Counted from the first letter of the stretch, positions 16,321 to 24,983 are shown. The stretch: DNA of 56,015 nt from an uncultured Candidatus Saccharibacteria bacterium (GCA_946411935.1 CAMKFS010000001.1:1-56015); one strand, 5' to 3'. Notes: generated by a model from the sequence alone, not told the origin. Made by a program: numbers and translations.

Positions 16321-17423
16321 TAGCTCTTGAGCGGCATAATAATATGCGTATAATCATCATTTTTAATATTCTTAATTACAACCGGCGACAGTTTTCCAGA
16401 GAAGCAAAACTCCACCTCATCCTCAGTCGTCGCATTCAGAGCATCAAGTAAATATCGCGAATTTAACGTAACTTTACTATCTTCTTTAACTTCCGCTTCC
16501 ATTGCAGCCGAGTTTTCTCCTAGTTCACTCGCTACTGCCGAGATACTAAAGCTTCCTTCATCTTTCTTCGCTTCACACACCACCGAACCATTCGACTCAC
16601 GCGCAAACAATGCCGCAACTTTTGTCATTCTAATAAGTTCAGCCTTATTCAACTTTACATTCGTCTTATCATTTTTTGGAATCAATTGTCTATAATCAGG
16701 GAAGCTTGCATCAATTAGTTTAGAAGTAACTTCAATTTCTCCCATTCTAAATTGAATTTGAGAATCAATAATCATTACTTCTATTTCTTCTATACTATCT
16801 GAAATCGAACTCAAAACTTCACGTAACGCAGCAGTCGGAATAATTGCTTTAATTTCACTTTTTACATTATCCACAAACTTTTTATCCGCTAAACGATAAC
16901 CATCAGTTGCAGCGATATATAGTGAATTTTCAAAAGTATTAAAGAATACACCGGTAAGGGCAGGGCGAGTCGTATCATTACTTGCTGCAATAATTACCTG
17001 ATTAACTGATTCTTTAAAAATTTCAGTAGGAATCTTGAATGCTACCGCATTATTTTCATCAATTGTTGGAAGTTCTGGAAAATCATCAGCCAAAATACCA
17101 TTAATAATAGATTTATATTTTCCAGCCGAAATAGTTAATTTTTCACCATCCACTTTCAAACTAACTGTTTCTTTTGGAAGATTAGAGATAAAATCTGCTA
17201 ATAATCTTGCTGGAACAGTAATAGTTCCTTCTTTTATTACTTTCGCATTAACAAATTCTACTGTAGCTAATTCTAAATTTGTCGCAGTTAAAACTAATTG
17301 TTTACCTTCTGCTCTTAATAGAACATTACTTAGAATTGGTAAGCCCGCTTTTGTACTTGCTGCTACACGACTCACTATACTTAGTGCTTTTGCGAGTCTT
17401 TCTTGTAAAACCTCAACTTCCAT
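16320..17423 (-). CDS. dnaN: DNA polymerase III beta sliding clamp
   Basis: 367 aa with a typical DnaN N-terminus (LAKALSIVSRVAASTKAGLPILSNVLL...LVLTATNLELA). Lies downstream of dnaA. Confidence 0.9.
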   Translation of the reverse strand: MEVEVLQERLAKALSIVSRVAASTKAGLPILSNVLLRAEGKQLVLTATNLELATVEFVNAKVIKEGTITVPARLLADFISNLPKETVSLKVDGEKLTISAGKYKSIINGILADDFPELPTIDENNAVAFKIPTEIFKESVNQVIIAASNDTTRPALTGVFFNTFENSLYIAATDGYRLADKKFVDNVKSEIKAIIPTAALREVLSSISDSIEEIEVMIIDSQIQFRMGEIEVTSKLIDASFPDYRQLIPKNDKTNVKLNKAELIRMTKVAALFARESNGSVVCEAKKDEGSFSISAVASELGENSAAMEAEVKEDSKVTLNSRYLLDALNATTEDEVEFCFSGKLSPVVIKNIKNDDYTHIIMPLKS

Positions 17424-17676
17424 TTTTCCTCCTTTTTAGAAATTCCTTATATAAATAGTAATAGTAGTAGATCTATGTGGAAAACGTGTAAAACTTTCAT
17501 TTAATAGATAAAAAAATGAATTAATGTATGTTAAAAATAGTTGCGAAAAACTACTCAAAACTCGCTTAAAATTAACATGGCTGTAGAACTTATTCACAGT
17601 TTTATTTTTATCCACATTCAATATTAACGATTTTTGCCCACACTTTTTTACATTATTATTAACAATTTTTCCACAA
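17424..17676. promoter_or_regulatory. oriC segment (dnaA-dnaN intergenic) with DnaA boxes
   Basis: TTATCCACA at 17608-17616 (perfect), TTATTCACA at 17590-17598, TTTTCCACA at 17667-17675, TGTGGAAAA at 17476-17484 (reverse). AT-rich stretch at ~17500-17590. Confidence 0.65.
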
Positions 17677-19053
17677 CTAAGCATAAATCTTACCCTTTAA
17701 TTCGGAAACTTGTTCACGGAGAGCGAAATCCTCTTTTAATCTCTTATCTACCATATTTATACCGTGGATAACTGTTGAGTGATCTTTGCTTAATTCTCTT
17801 CCAATCTTTGTAGTGCTAAGACCTAACTCTTTATTCATAAGATACATCGCTACTTGGCGCGCATTTTTGATATCTTTTATGCGGCTTTTTCCGAGAATAT
17901 CTTTTGAATTTAGATTATAATATTTAGCTACTTTATCTATTACGTGCTTTAGGGAAATATGACGAGTGCTACTTTGGGCAATAGGTGTCATCTGATCTAT
18001 AACTTCACTAGTAGAAACATGATTCATTTCGGCTAGGAGAAGAATACGGTTTAAGGCGCCTTCTAGATCGCGAATATTAGTATTGAAGTTTTCTGCAAGA
18101 TATTCAACGGTAGTGTTATCGATTTCTCCACCAAGTATTTCGGTTTTTGCTTTAAGAATTGCGCAACGTGTCTCGAAGTCTGGCAATTGAATATCGATTG
18201 CAACACCCATCGTTAAGCGACTAGCTAGACGAGTATCCATTTCTTTAATTTCATTTGGTAAGCGATCGGAGGCAACAATTACCTGCTTACCGTTTTCATA
18301 GAGCTCATTAAAAGTATGGAAAAATTCGCTCTGAGAAGCATCTTTTCCTTGGATGAATTGAAAATCATCCACAATTAATACATCGAGCTTGCGATATTTA
18401 TCTTGGAATCCATCTTTCTTTGTGCGCATTGCAGTAACAAAGTCGTGATAAAATTCCTCGACTGTTACATAAAGAATCTTAAACTCTGGGTGCAATTCCT
18501 GTAATTTATTACCGATTGCTTGAATAAGGTGAGTTTTACCAAAACCAGATCCACCATAAAGAAAGAATGGGTTATAACGCATGCCTGGCATCTCGATAAT
18601 AGAGTGAGCGGCGCTGACTGCTAAATCATTATTACTACCAACGACGTAATTGTCTAGAGTATAGCGAGGATTAAGCTTATTTTTATTCGCTGAAAAAACA
18701 GGCGTAGGCATACCTCGATCAATGAAAGGCTGAGCAGTGGAGGTAGTTGATGTGGCATTATTGCTGCCAGGTAGAATTTCCACTGGCCTACGTACTACAG
18801 AATTAGACTGATTGTCGGCGACGATAATCTTATAATCCTCACAATCATAGCCTGCTGCTTTTAATGCGGCGAGCACCTTGCTCCGATACTTTTTATCCAC
18901 AGTAGACTGAGCAAAAGTGTTCTTTACTGAAAAAGTTACAATTCCATCTTTTTCGGAGACGAACTTTGTATCGACGAAATAAGTATTGAAGGCCATATCA
19001 GTGACATTGCTTTTAATTTCATCTAAAACAGTTTGCCACTTATTTAACATCAC
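17677..19053 (-). CDS. dnaA: Chromosomal replication initiator DnaA
   Basis: AAA+ Walker A GGSGFGKTHL, Walker B LIVDDFQF and a C-terminal DnaA-box-binding domain (ARQVAMYL...DHSTVIH). AGGAGG SD. The start is GTG at 19053 or ATG at 19050. Confidence 0.95.
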   Translation of the reverse strand: MMLNKWQTVLDEIKSNVTDMAFNTYFVDTKFVSEKDGIVTFSVKNTFAQSTVDKKYRSKVLAALKAAGYDCEDYKIIVADNQSNSVVRRPVEILPGSNNATSTTSTAQPFIDRGMPTPVFSANKNKLNPRYTLDNYVVGSNNDLAVSAAHSIIEMPGMRYNPFFLYGGSGFGKTHLIQAIGNKLQELHPEFKILYVTVEEFYHDFVTAMRTKKDGFQDKYRKLDVLIVDDFQFIQGKDASQSEFFHTFNELYENGKQVIVASDRLPNEIKEMDTRLASRLTMGVAIDIQLPDFETRCAILKAKTEILGGEIDNTTVEYLAENFNTNIRDLEGALNRILLLAEMNHVSTSEVIDQMTPIAQSSTRHISLKHVIDKVAKYYNLNSKDILGKSRIKDIKNARQVAMYLMNKELGLSTTKIGRELSKDHSTVIHGINMVDKRLKEDFALREQVSELKGKIYA

Positions 19054-19289
19054 TTCTGACCTCCTTTCTAGGCTTTATTATACAAAGTTTTCCACAATTT
19101 TGGCAGTCTAATACAAATTTTAAAATATTTTCTAATAGTTGAAATGCGATAACAGAGTAGATTTTTCCACAACTAAAAAGTCGATAGGGAAGCGGCCTGT
19201 GGAAAAATAGTTGAAAAATCCACTAAAAAATAGTAAAATAGACATAATTCTTTATATAAAACAATAATTAGAAAGTCAGGATTATATTT
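19054..19289. promoter_or_regulatory. oriC segment / dnaA-rpmH divergent promoter region with DnaA boxes
   Basis: TTTTCCACA at 19088-19096 and 19163-19171, and TGTGGAAAA at 19198-19206 (reverse). The dnaA extended -10 TGTATAAT lies on the minus strand. Confidence 0.65.
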
Positions 19290-19427
19290 ATGCCAAAGCG
19301 TACTTATCAGCCACACAAGCGCCAACGCAAAGTTGAGCACGGTTTTCGCAAACGCAACGCTACGGTCAGCGGCCGCAAGGTTCTCGCTCGTCGTCGCATT
19401 AAGGGTCGCGCACGCCTTAGCGCTTAA
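19290..19427 (+). CDS. rpmH: 50S ribosomal protein L34
   Basis: Absent from the ORF track (45 aa). Hand translation: [45 protein letters not shown]. Lies directly upstream of rnpA. Confidence 0.9.
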   Translation: MPKRTYQPHKRQRKVEHGFRKRNATVSGRKVLARRRIKGRARLSA

Positions 19428-19431
19428 TTAG

Positions 19432-19773
19432 ATGCTATCGAAGAAGTATCGTTTTCATTCACGTGGTGGGGTGCGATACACCTATCAGCACGGTAAAACA
19501 ATCAGGGATTCAAAAATATCCCTGGTTTTTGCAGTTAATAATCGCAACCATCAACGCTATGCGATTGTTGTAAGTAAGAAAATTTTAAAATCCGCTGTTG
19601 GTAGGAACCGTATCCGCCGCCGCGTCTATGAGGCAATTCGAGCTGAGCTTCCAAATATCCAGAAGCCAGTGGATTGTATTTTTATTATTAATACGAAAGA
19701 AATCGCCCAAATCGACTTCAAGGAGCTTCGCACTATAATCCACGATTTACTTATCGAGGCAAAAATAATATAA
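19432..19773 (+). CDS. rnpA: RNase P protein component
   Basis: 113 aa and basic, with an AVGRNRIRRRVYEAIR motif. Synteny is rpmH-rnpA-yidC. Confidence 0.85.
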   Translation: MLSKKYRFHSRGGVRYTYQHGKTIRDSKISLVFAVNNRNHQRYAIVVSKKILKSAVGRNRIRRRVYEAIRAELPNIQKPVDCIFIINTKEIAQIDFKELRTIIHDLLIEAKII

Positions 19774-19801
19774 TACATCTTATTAGGAGTGTGTAAAAAA
19801 T

Positions 19802-20875
19802 ATGTTTGATCTTATAGATATGCTTATTGTGCGCCCGATCGTAAATATCTTTTTTGCGATTTACTCTGTAGTTGGCGACTTTGGTATAGCAATTATTCTA
19901 TTTGTTATTATCGTTAAAATTCTAATGTGGCCTATGATGAAACGTCAGCTTCATCAGACGCGCATTATGAAGGAAATTCAACCGGAACTTGCCGAGATTA
20001 AAAAGCGCTGCAAGGGTAATCGTCAGCTCGAATCTCTCCAGATGATGGACTTATATAAGCGCAAGAATGTGAAGCCATTCCGTTCGATGCTTAGTATTTT
20101 AATTCAGCTCCCACTCTTTATTAGCCTCTTTACCGCTATTAATGTTGTTGCCCGCCCACGCGAGAATTATAACGTCGACCACTCTGCTTACTCTTTCGTA
20201 AAGCAAATTCCTCGCGTTAATGATCTTATTGGTACGCAGAATAAATATCTTGAAGAAGTTAAAAACTACAATGAGAAAAAAGACGAAGAGAAGGGTGATG
20301 CTCCAGTTTACGAATTTCAGCCTAAGCTAGTTGGATTAGTTGACTTATCTACTACCGCTGGCTTTACGTCTAAGAGTTCTATAGTAATTCTCGTATTAGC
20401 GCTTCTATCTGCTGCTACTCAATTTATTATGTCTCGTCAGCAAGATCCTTCTCGTCAAAAAGGGAAGAAGAAGCGTACTTTCCGCGATATTATGAAAGAC
20501 GCCGCCTCTGGTAAGGAAGCTGATCAGAGCGAAATTAATGCCGTTGCGCAGGGCCAAATGACCTGGATGATGCCATTAATGATGTTGATGATTATGATTA
20601 ATCTTCCGGGCGCCCTCGTGCTTTACTACTTCCTTAATAATCTTATTACTGTCGGTCTTCAAAAATATATTCTTAGCCGCGACTATACTGAAATGGAGGC
20701 TGCTGCCGATAAGCGTATCCTGAAAGAGCTCAAAGAAGCCCAGGAGGCTGTCATCGTAGAGGATAAAACTGAACCAAAGAAAGCTACGCATTACGCGTCT
20801 AATAAAAATAAAAAAGAAGACAAAAATGTCCACATTACACGCATCTCCGCTTCTAATAAAAAGAAAAGGAGATAA
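19802..20875 (+). CDS. yidC: Membrane protein insertase YidC
   Basis: Conserved core PMMKRQLHQTRIMKEIQPELAEIKKR...MMDLYKRKNVKPFRSMLSILIQLPLFISLF, plus a Lys-rich C-terminal tail. Confidence 0.85.
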   Translation: MFDLIDMLIVRPIVNIFFAIYSVVGDFGIAIILFVIIVKILMWPMMKRQLHQTRIMKEIQPELAEIKKRCKGNRQLESLQMMDLYKRKNVKPFRSMLSILIQLPLFISLFTAINVVARPRENYNVDHSAYSFVKQIPRVNDLIGTQNKYLEEVKNYNEKKDEEKGDAPVYEFQPKLVGLVDLSTTAGFTSKSSIVILVLALLSAATQFIMSRQQDPSRQKGKKKRTFRDIMKDAASGKEADQSEINAVAQGQMTWMMPLMMLMIMINLPGALVLYYFLNNLITVGLQKYILSRDYTEMEAAADKRILKELKEAQEAVIVEDKTEPKKATHYASNKNKKEDKNVHITRISASNKKKRR

Positions 20876-20878
20876 TAT

Positions 20879-21352
20879 ATGAATACAGACGAATCAATCC
20901 GCTTCGCGACGAAGTATCTTGAGGATTTGCTCTCATTCTTTGGTATTAACGTAGCAGTCTACTCGACAATCGAGGATGACGTTATTCAGCTTTCAATCCC
21001 ATCAACGAGCATGAATTCGCTCCTAATTGGCAAGAACGCAAATAATCTTCGCGCTCTCCAGCATGTCGTTATGATGACTTTGATTGCTCGTAATGCAGAA
21101 GTTACTCGTGTGAATATTGATATTGCTGATTACAAGCGTCAGCGCGCTGATAAGATTGAGCGCCAGGCAGAGCAGTGGGTCCAGGAAGTTCGCCGTACTG
21201 GTAAAGAAAAGGTGCTTGACCTAAACGCTGCTGATCGTCGTGTTGTTCATCGCTTCGCACAGGACTATTCAGACATCGAGACCTTTAGTAAGGGCGAAGG
21301 TCGTGAACGACGTCTCCATATTGTCCGTAAAGACCTTCCAGAAGACGAATAA
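20879..21352 (+). CDS. jag: Jag/KhpB-type RNA-binding protein (KH + R3H)
   Basis: 157 aa. The C-terminal LNAADRRVVHRFAQDY fits an R3H motif. Conserved position after yidC. Confidence 0.7.
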   Translation: MNTDESIRFATKYLEDLLSFFGINVAVYSTIEDDVIQLSIPSTSMNSLLIGKNANNLRALQHVVMMTLIARNAEVTRVNIDIADYKRQRADKIERQAEQWVQEVRRTGKEKVLDLNAADRRVVHRFAQDYSDIETFSKGEGRERRLHIVRKDLPEDE

Positions 21353-21365
21353 TTTCAACAAGAAT

Positions 21366-21389
21366 CCGGCTCTAAAAAGCCGGTTTTTT
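21366..21389 (+). terminator. Intrinsic terminator
   Basis: CCGGCT / AGCCGG stem, 6-nt loop, then TTTTTT at 21384-21389. Confidence 0.7.
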
Positions 21390-21418
21390 GTTGCCCGAAC
21401 ATAACGCCACCTCTGTAA

Positions 21419-21436
21419 AACCGAACATGTTCGGTT
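21419..21436. promoter_or_regulatory. 18-bp perfect palindrome AACCGAACATGTTCGGTT (possible operator)
   Basis: Read directly. It contains GAAC..GTTC half-sites like LexA/Cheo-type boxes, but with a 2-nt rather than 4-nt spacer. Confidence 0.3.
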
Positions 21437-21562
21437 GATTATCTGAAAAACCATGATAAAACTAATCCCCAGCCTGTGTAAAACTCCACCAGTTTTAAAC
21501 CATAAATATATAATCAAAAATATGAAAGTCAAATTATTCAATTAGTACTCTTGAGCCTAAAA

Positions 21563-21571
21563 TGTTAAAAT
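21563..21571 (+). promoter_or_regulatory. Extended -10 promoter, TGtTAAAAT
   Basis: TAAAAT at 21566-21571. The ATG at 21578 is 6 nt downstream with no SD. Confidence 0.45.
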
Positions 21572-21577
21572 ATAACA

Positions 21578-23371
21578 ATGAGTGCTAAATCTATAGATGG
21601 GCTTCAAAGAAGAACTGCAGTCAAAAAACCTTCTACCCCAAAGAAGATTGTTGTCCGCCGTGCTTCCTCTGCGCCAGTTAAGAAGAAACCGGCCGTCAAA
21701 AAAATTGCCGTTTCCTCTCCGAAACGCAAGCGCAGTCTAGAAGTCCCAGATAAGAAAAAAGACCTCAAGGATTTAATTGCAGAAAATGAAGCTCTTGAGG
21801 CGAAGACCGCCGAAAAAGAACTTAAAGACCATAAAGAAGAGGCTGTAAAAGAATTTCTAGAGGAAGTAAAGGATTCTGATCCTACCGATCTAGCTGAACT
21901 TCCGAAAAAGGAGAAAATGAAAGAAAAGCCTAAAAAAGAGAAAAAAGAGAAAAAGCCAAAAAAGAAGCATAAAGTCCTCCGCAGAGTGCTTTTGATTTTC
22001 TTCTTACTAATTCTTGCTGGTGGCGCTGCGGTATATCTTTATCTCAATGATTTTGTTGCTAAGGTTACTGATGGCGGAAATTTATTAGGCTTCCTCTTCT
22101 CAGACCCAGACACGCCACTTAAGAAGGACGCGCAAGGTCGTACTAATATTATTATCTTCGGAACAGAAGGTTTTAATATGGATGATCCGAACTACGATGG
22201 CGGTTTTCTTACTGACTCTATGATGCTTTTGAGTATTGACCAGGATTCTGGCGACGCGAAGGCTATTAGTCTACCGCGCGACTTGAAGGCTAACTTTACC
22301 TGTACAGGCACGGGGAAGTTTAACGAAATCTACTTCTGTGAATATTCGAAGAATGACGGTTCTGAAGCGAGCCGCAAGGAGCACGAGACTAGCGCTGCTA
22401 ATAAGCTCGGAGAGGCTTTCACGGAAGTGCTCGGCGTTGATGTTCATTATCATGTTCACGCTAACTGGGCGGCGGTGATTGGAATTGTTGATGCGATTGG
22501 CGGTATTGATGTTGTCTTTACGCACGAGGGGCAGACTTGGGATGGCGATGAAACAACAATCGAGACTACTAGCAAGAAAGGGCTGCGCGACGTAAACTCT
22601 CAGGGTAAGGTTTATATTGACTATCCGAACGGTGAAGTAATTCATCTTGATGGCACTAAAGCGCTTGGTGTTGCGCGTGTTCGTAATGCATATGGCGGTT
22701 ACGGTGCTTCTAACGGTAACTTTAATCGCGAAGTATTCCAACAACGTATTCTCGAGGCAATCGTGAAAAAAGCGAAGAGCAAAAATCTCACTAGTGACCT
22801 TGTTGCTGTGATGAAGATTAAGGACACTATTGGCGATAATCTCCGCACTGATTTTAAAGATAACGAAATTAAAACAGCCCTTAAGGTTGCCGGAAATGTA
22901 GATTTTACTAATCTCGAAACAATTTCACTCTATTCTACTGACGATAAGCCAGCCGCTCTTCTTCGGACTGGTATGGTTAATGGTATTTCCTACGTTATTC
23001 CAACTGCTGGTGTAGGCAATTATGCGAATATTAAGAGTTATATTAAGCGAAAGCTTAGCGCAGAGGCCTTTACCTCTGAAAACGCTCAAATTGTAGTTTT
23101 AAATGGCACTTCCGCGTATGGCATAGCTGCTAAGGAGAAAACAGAGCTCGAGGATGGCGGTTATATTGTTAGCTCGACCGCCAATGCTCCTGCCGATCAA
23201 TCGGGTTTTGACGGTGTTCGAATTTATCAGAAGAACACAAAGATGACTCAAACTGCCGAGGCGCTCAAGAAATTTTATAATACCGATATTAGTACAGAAG
23301 TACCGGATAGCCTCAAGAACCAGGCGGCTGACTTTATCGTTATTATTGGCAATGGCTTCTCGCATAAGTAA
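21578..23371 (+). CDS. LytR-CpsA-Psr (LCP) family cell-wall glycopolymer ligase
   Basis: Lys-rich cytoplasmic N-terminus and a TM helix. LCP core IIIFGTEGF...GGFLTDSMMLLSIDQDSGDAKAISLPRDL. C-terminal LytR_C-like segment IVVLNGTSAYGIAAKEKTELEDGGYIV. Confidence 0.8.
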   Translation: MSAKSIDGLQRRTAVKKPSTPKKIVVRRASSAPVKKKPAVKKIAVSSPKRKRSLEVPDKKKDLKDLIAENEALEAKTAEKELKDHKEEAVKEFLEEVKDSDPTDLAELPKKEKMKEKPKKEKKEKKPKKKHKVLRRVLLIFFLLILAGGAAVYLYLNDFVAKVTDGGNLLGFLFSDPDTPLKKDAQGRTNIIIFGTEGFNMDDPNYDGGFLTDSMMLLSIDQDSGDAKAISLPRDLKANFTCTGTGKFNEIYFCEYSKNDGSEASRKEHETSAANKLGEAFTEVLGVDVHYHVHANWAAVIGIVDAIGGIDVVFTHEGQTWDGDETTIETTSKKGLRDVNSQGKVYIDYPNGEVIHLDGTKALGVARVRNAYGGYGASNGNFNREVFQQRILEAIVKKAKSKNLTSDLVAVMKIKDTIGDNLRTDFKDNEIKTALKVAGNVDFTNLETISLYSTDDKPAALLRTGMVNGISYVIPTAGVGNYANIKSYIKRKLSAEAFTSENAQIVVLNGTSAYGIAAKEKTELEDGGYIVSSTANAPADQSGFDGVRIYQKNTKMTQTAEALKKFYNTDISTEVPDSLKNQAADFIVIIGNGFSHK

Positions 23372-23385
23372 ATATTTACTAGAGA

Positions 23386-23394
23386 TGGTATAAT
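23386..23394 (+). promoter_or_regulatory. Extended -10 promoter, TGgTATAAT
   Basis: TATAAT at 23389-23394. The ATG at 23404 is 9 nt downstream with no SD. Confidence 0.45.
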
Positions 23395-23403
23395 AATATC
23401 AAG

Positions 23404-23826
23404 ATGAAGCATTATTATACTGATGGTTCTGCCTCCCCGAATCCTGGCCCAGGCGGTTTCGCAGTGATTGATATTGATGCAAAACAGCCTGCAGCTCTTG
23501 GCCGCGAGGCTGATTCTACTAATATCCGCATGGAAGCAATGGCTCTAATTGCTGCTTATAAAATCGCCGAGTCGGGTGATCAAATTTCTACAGACTCTGA
23601 GTTTTGGGTGAACGTTGTTACGAAATGGGCTGCCGGTTGGAAGGCAAATGGCTGGACGAAGAAAAGCGGTCCAATTAAAAACCTCGAATTAGTCAAAGAG
23701 CTCTATGAATTATATCTATCGAAGCCAGACGTGAAGCTTTCGTGGACGCGTGGTCATGTTGGGACAGAAGGTAATGAACTCGCCGACGAGTGGGCAAATA
23801 AAGCGCGACAGGGCGCAGAAATATAG
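23404..23826 (+). CDS. rnhA: Ribonuclease HI
   Basis: The DEDD catalytic pattern is present: YTDGSA, MEAMAL, TDSEF, GNELADEWA. Confidence 0.85.
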   Translation: MKHYYTDGSASPNPGPGGFAVIDIDAKQPAALGREADSTNIRMEAMALIAAYKIAESGDQISTDSEFWVNVVTKWAAGWKANGWTKKSGPIKNLELVKELYELYLSKPDVKLSWTRGHVGTEGNELADEWANKARQGAEI

Positions 23827-23835
23827 GAGGTCAAT

Positions 23836-24408
23836 ATGAAAAAGACCATCATCAAAATGAAGCTCAGCTCCAGAGCGGATTTTATTGAAACTTTAAATGA
23901 AATAGAATTCAATTTTTCTCCGCCTTATTGGCAGCATGATCGCGTTTTTGTGCCGAAACGTTTTGCGAGGGATAAAGCGATGCCTCGCCTTAGCCTCCGC
24001 ACGATCGTAAAAGATCCTGAAAAGAAGGCTACCTACGCACTTGTTATGCGCCGCCACTTTGAGGATGATAAATTCGATCTCGTAAACGCTACGGTCGTCA
24101 AAGATTATTCTGAAACCGCCCACATTCTTTATCAGCTTGGTTACGAACTTCGCTATGAAGTGAGTCGCCGCCGCGAAGAGCTACGTATGGGCGAATCGGT
24201 AAGTGTTTATATCGATAAGATTGATGGTTTGCCGGGCTATTATGCTCGTATTGAATCGGATTTATCTGACAAAGATGATCCAGCCGAGGCTTATAATGAT
24301 ATTCTCGACACTTTTAAGGTGCTTCGCGTAAACGGTCGTCCGATTAATGAAACCTACGGCGAAATTCTCGAATCATCAAAAAGCAACCCAATAGAGAAGA
24401 TAAGCTAA
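23836..24408 (+). CDS. CYTH-like domain protein (tentative)
   Basis: 190 aa. The C-terminal VSVYIDKIDGLPGYYARIESD resembles the CYTH/CyaB pattern v.lD.v.glG.f.EiE. The N-terminal ExExK position reads IKMKL. GGAGG SD. Confidence 0.35.
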   Translation: MKKTIIKMKLSSRADFIETLNEIEFNFSPPYWQHDRVFVPKRFARDKAMPRLSLRTIVKDPEKKATYALVMRRHFEDDKFDLVNATVVKDYSETAHILYQLGYELRYEVSRRREELRMGESVSVYIDKIDGLPGYYARIESDLSDKDDPAEAYNDILDTFKVLRVNGRPINETYGEILESSKSNPIEKIS

Positions 24409-24411
24409 AAA

Positions 24412-24434
24412 ATAACCGCCTATCAGGCGGTTAT
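24412..24434. terminator. Hairpin between convergent genes (bidirectional terminator candidate)
   Basis: ATAACCGCCT / AGGCGGTTAT 10-bp stem with a 3-nt loop, flanked by A-rich and T-rich sequence. Confidence 0.5.
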
Positions 24435-24448
24435 TTAGTTGCAGATGT

Positions 24449-24871
24449 TTATTTTTCTGCCTTCTTAGCAGTAGTTTTCTTTGCGGTAGTAGCTTTTGCT
24501 GCAGGTTTTTTAGCAGCTGGCTTCTTTGCTGCGGTAGTCTTTTTAGCGGCAGTAGCTTTAGTAGCGGTCTTAGCAGCTGGCTTCTTTTCAGCTGTTTTTG
24601 GAGCAGCTTTCTTAGCGCCAGTATTCTTAACACCAGCGGCCTTTGCGAAGACTGCGAGTTTTGCCTTGCGGCGGCTTGCAGTATTCTTCTTTAGTAGGCC
24701 CTTCTTGACAGCTTTGTCGTATTCGGACTGAACTTTTTTCATATTTTCAGCAGTTGGCTTATTGTGAAACTCTTTAAGAGCAGCACGAATAGTCTTCTTA
24801 ATCTGCTGGTTGTTGCTGCGGCGCTTAACAGATTGACGAGCCGCCTTTTTTGCGGATTTGATAATCGGCAT
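24449..24871 (-). CDS. rpsT: 30S ribosomal protein S20 with Lys/Ala-rich C-terminal extension
   Basis: The N-terminal ~85 aa (MPIIKSAKKAARQSVKRRSNNQQIKKTIRAALKEF...) are S20. The last ~55 aa are AKK/PAAKK repeats. Confidence 0.85.
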   Translation of the reverse strand: MPIIKSAKKAARQSVKRRSNNQQIKKTIRAALKEFHNKPTAENMKKVQSEYDKAVKKGLLKKNTASRRKAKLAVFAKAAGVKNTGAKKAAPKTAEKKPAAKTATKATAAKKTTAAKKPAAKKPAAKATTAKKTTAKKAEK

Positions 24872-24954
24872 TTAATTCTTCCTTAAAATTATTATTTACA
24901 ATTCCCATTATTATAGTCTATTTTTAAGAAATTGTAAAGAGTCATAAGATAGAC

Positions 24955-24983
24955 TTGTAATTTTAACTAGCTTATGCTAAACT
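24955..24983 (+). promoter_or_regulatory. Promoter, TTGTAA-17 bp-TGcTAAACT
   Basis: TTGTAA at 24955-24960 and TAAACT at 24978-24983, preceded by TGC. A ~35-nt A-rich leader follows, with no obvious SD before the ATG at 25024. Confidence 0.4.

Noticed and set aside
17436-17684. 82-aa ORF in the dnaA-dnaN intergenic region
   Set aside because: It lies entirely within the AT-rich DnaA-box region (oriC) and has no SD. Its composition reflects low-complexity AT-rich DNA, so I treat it as spurious.
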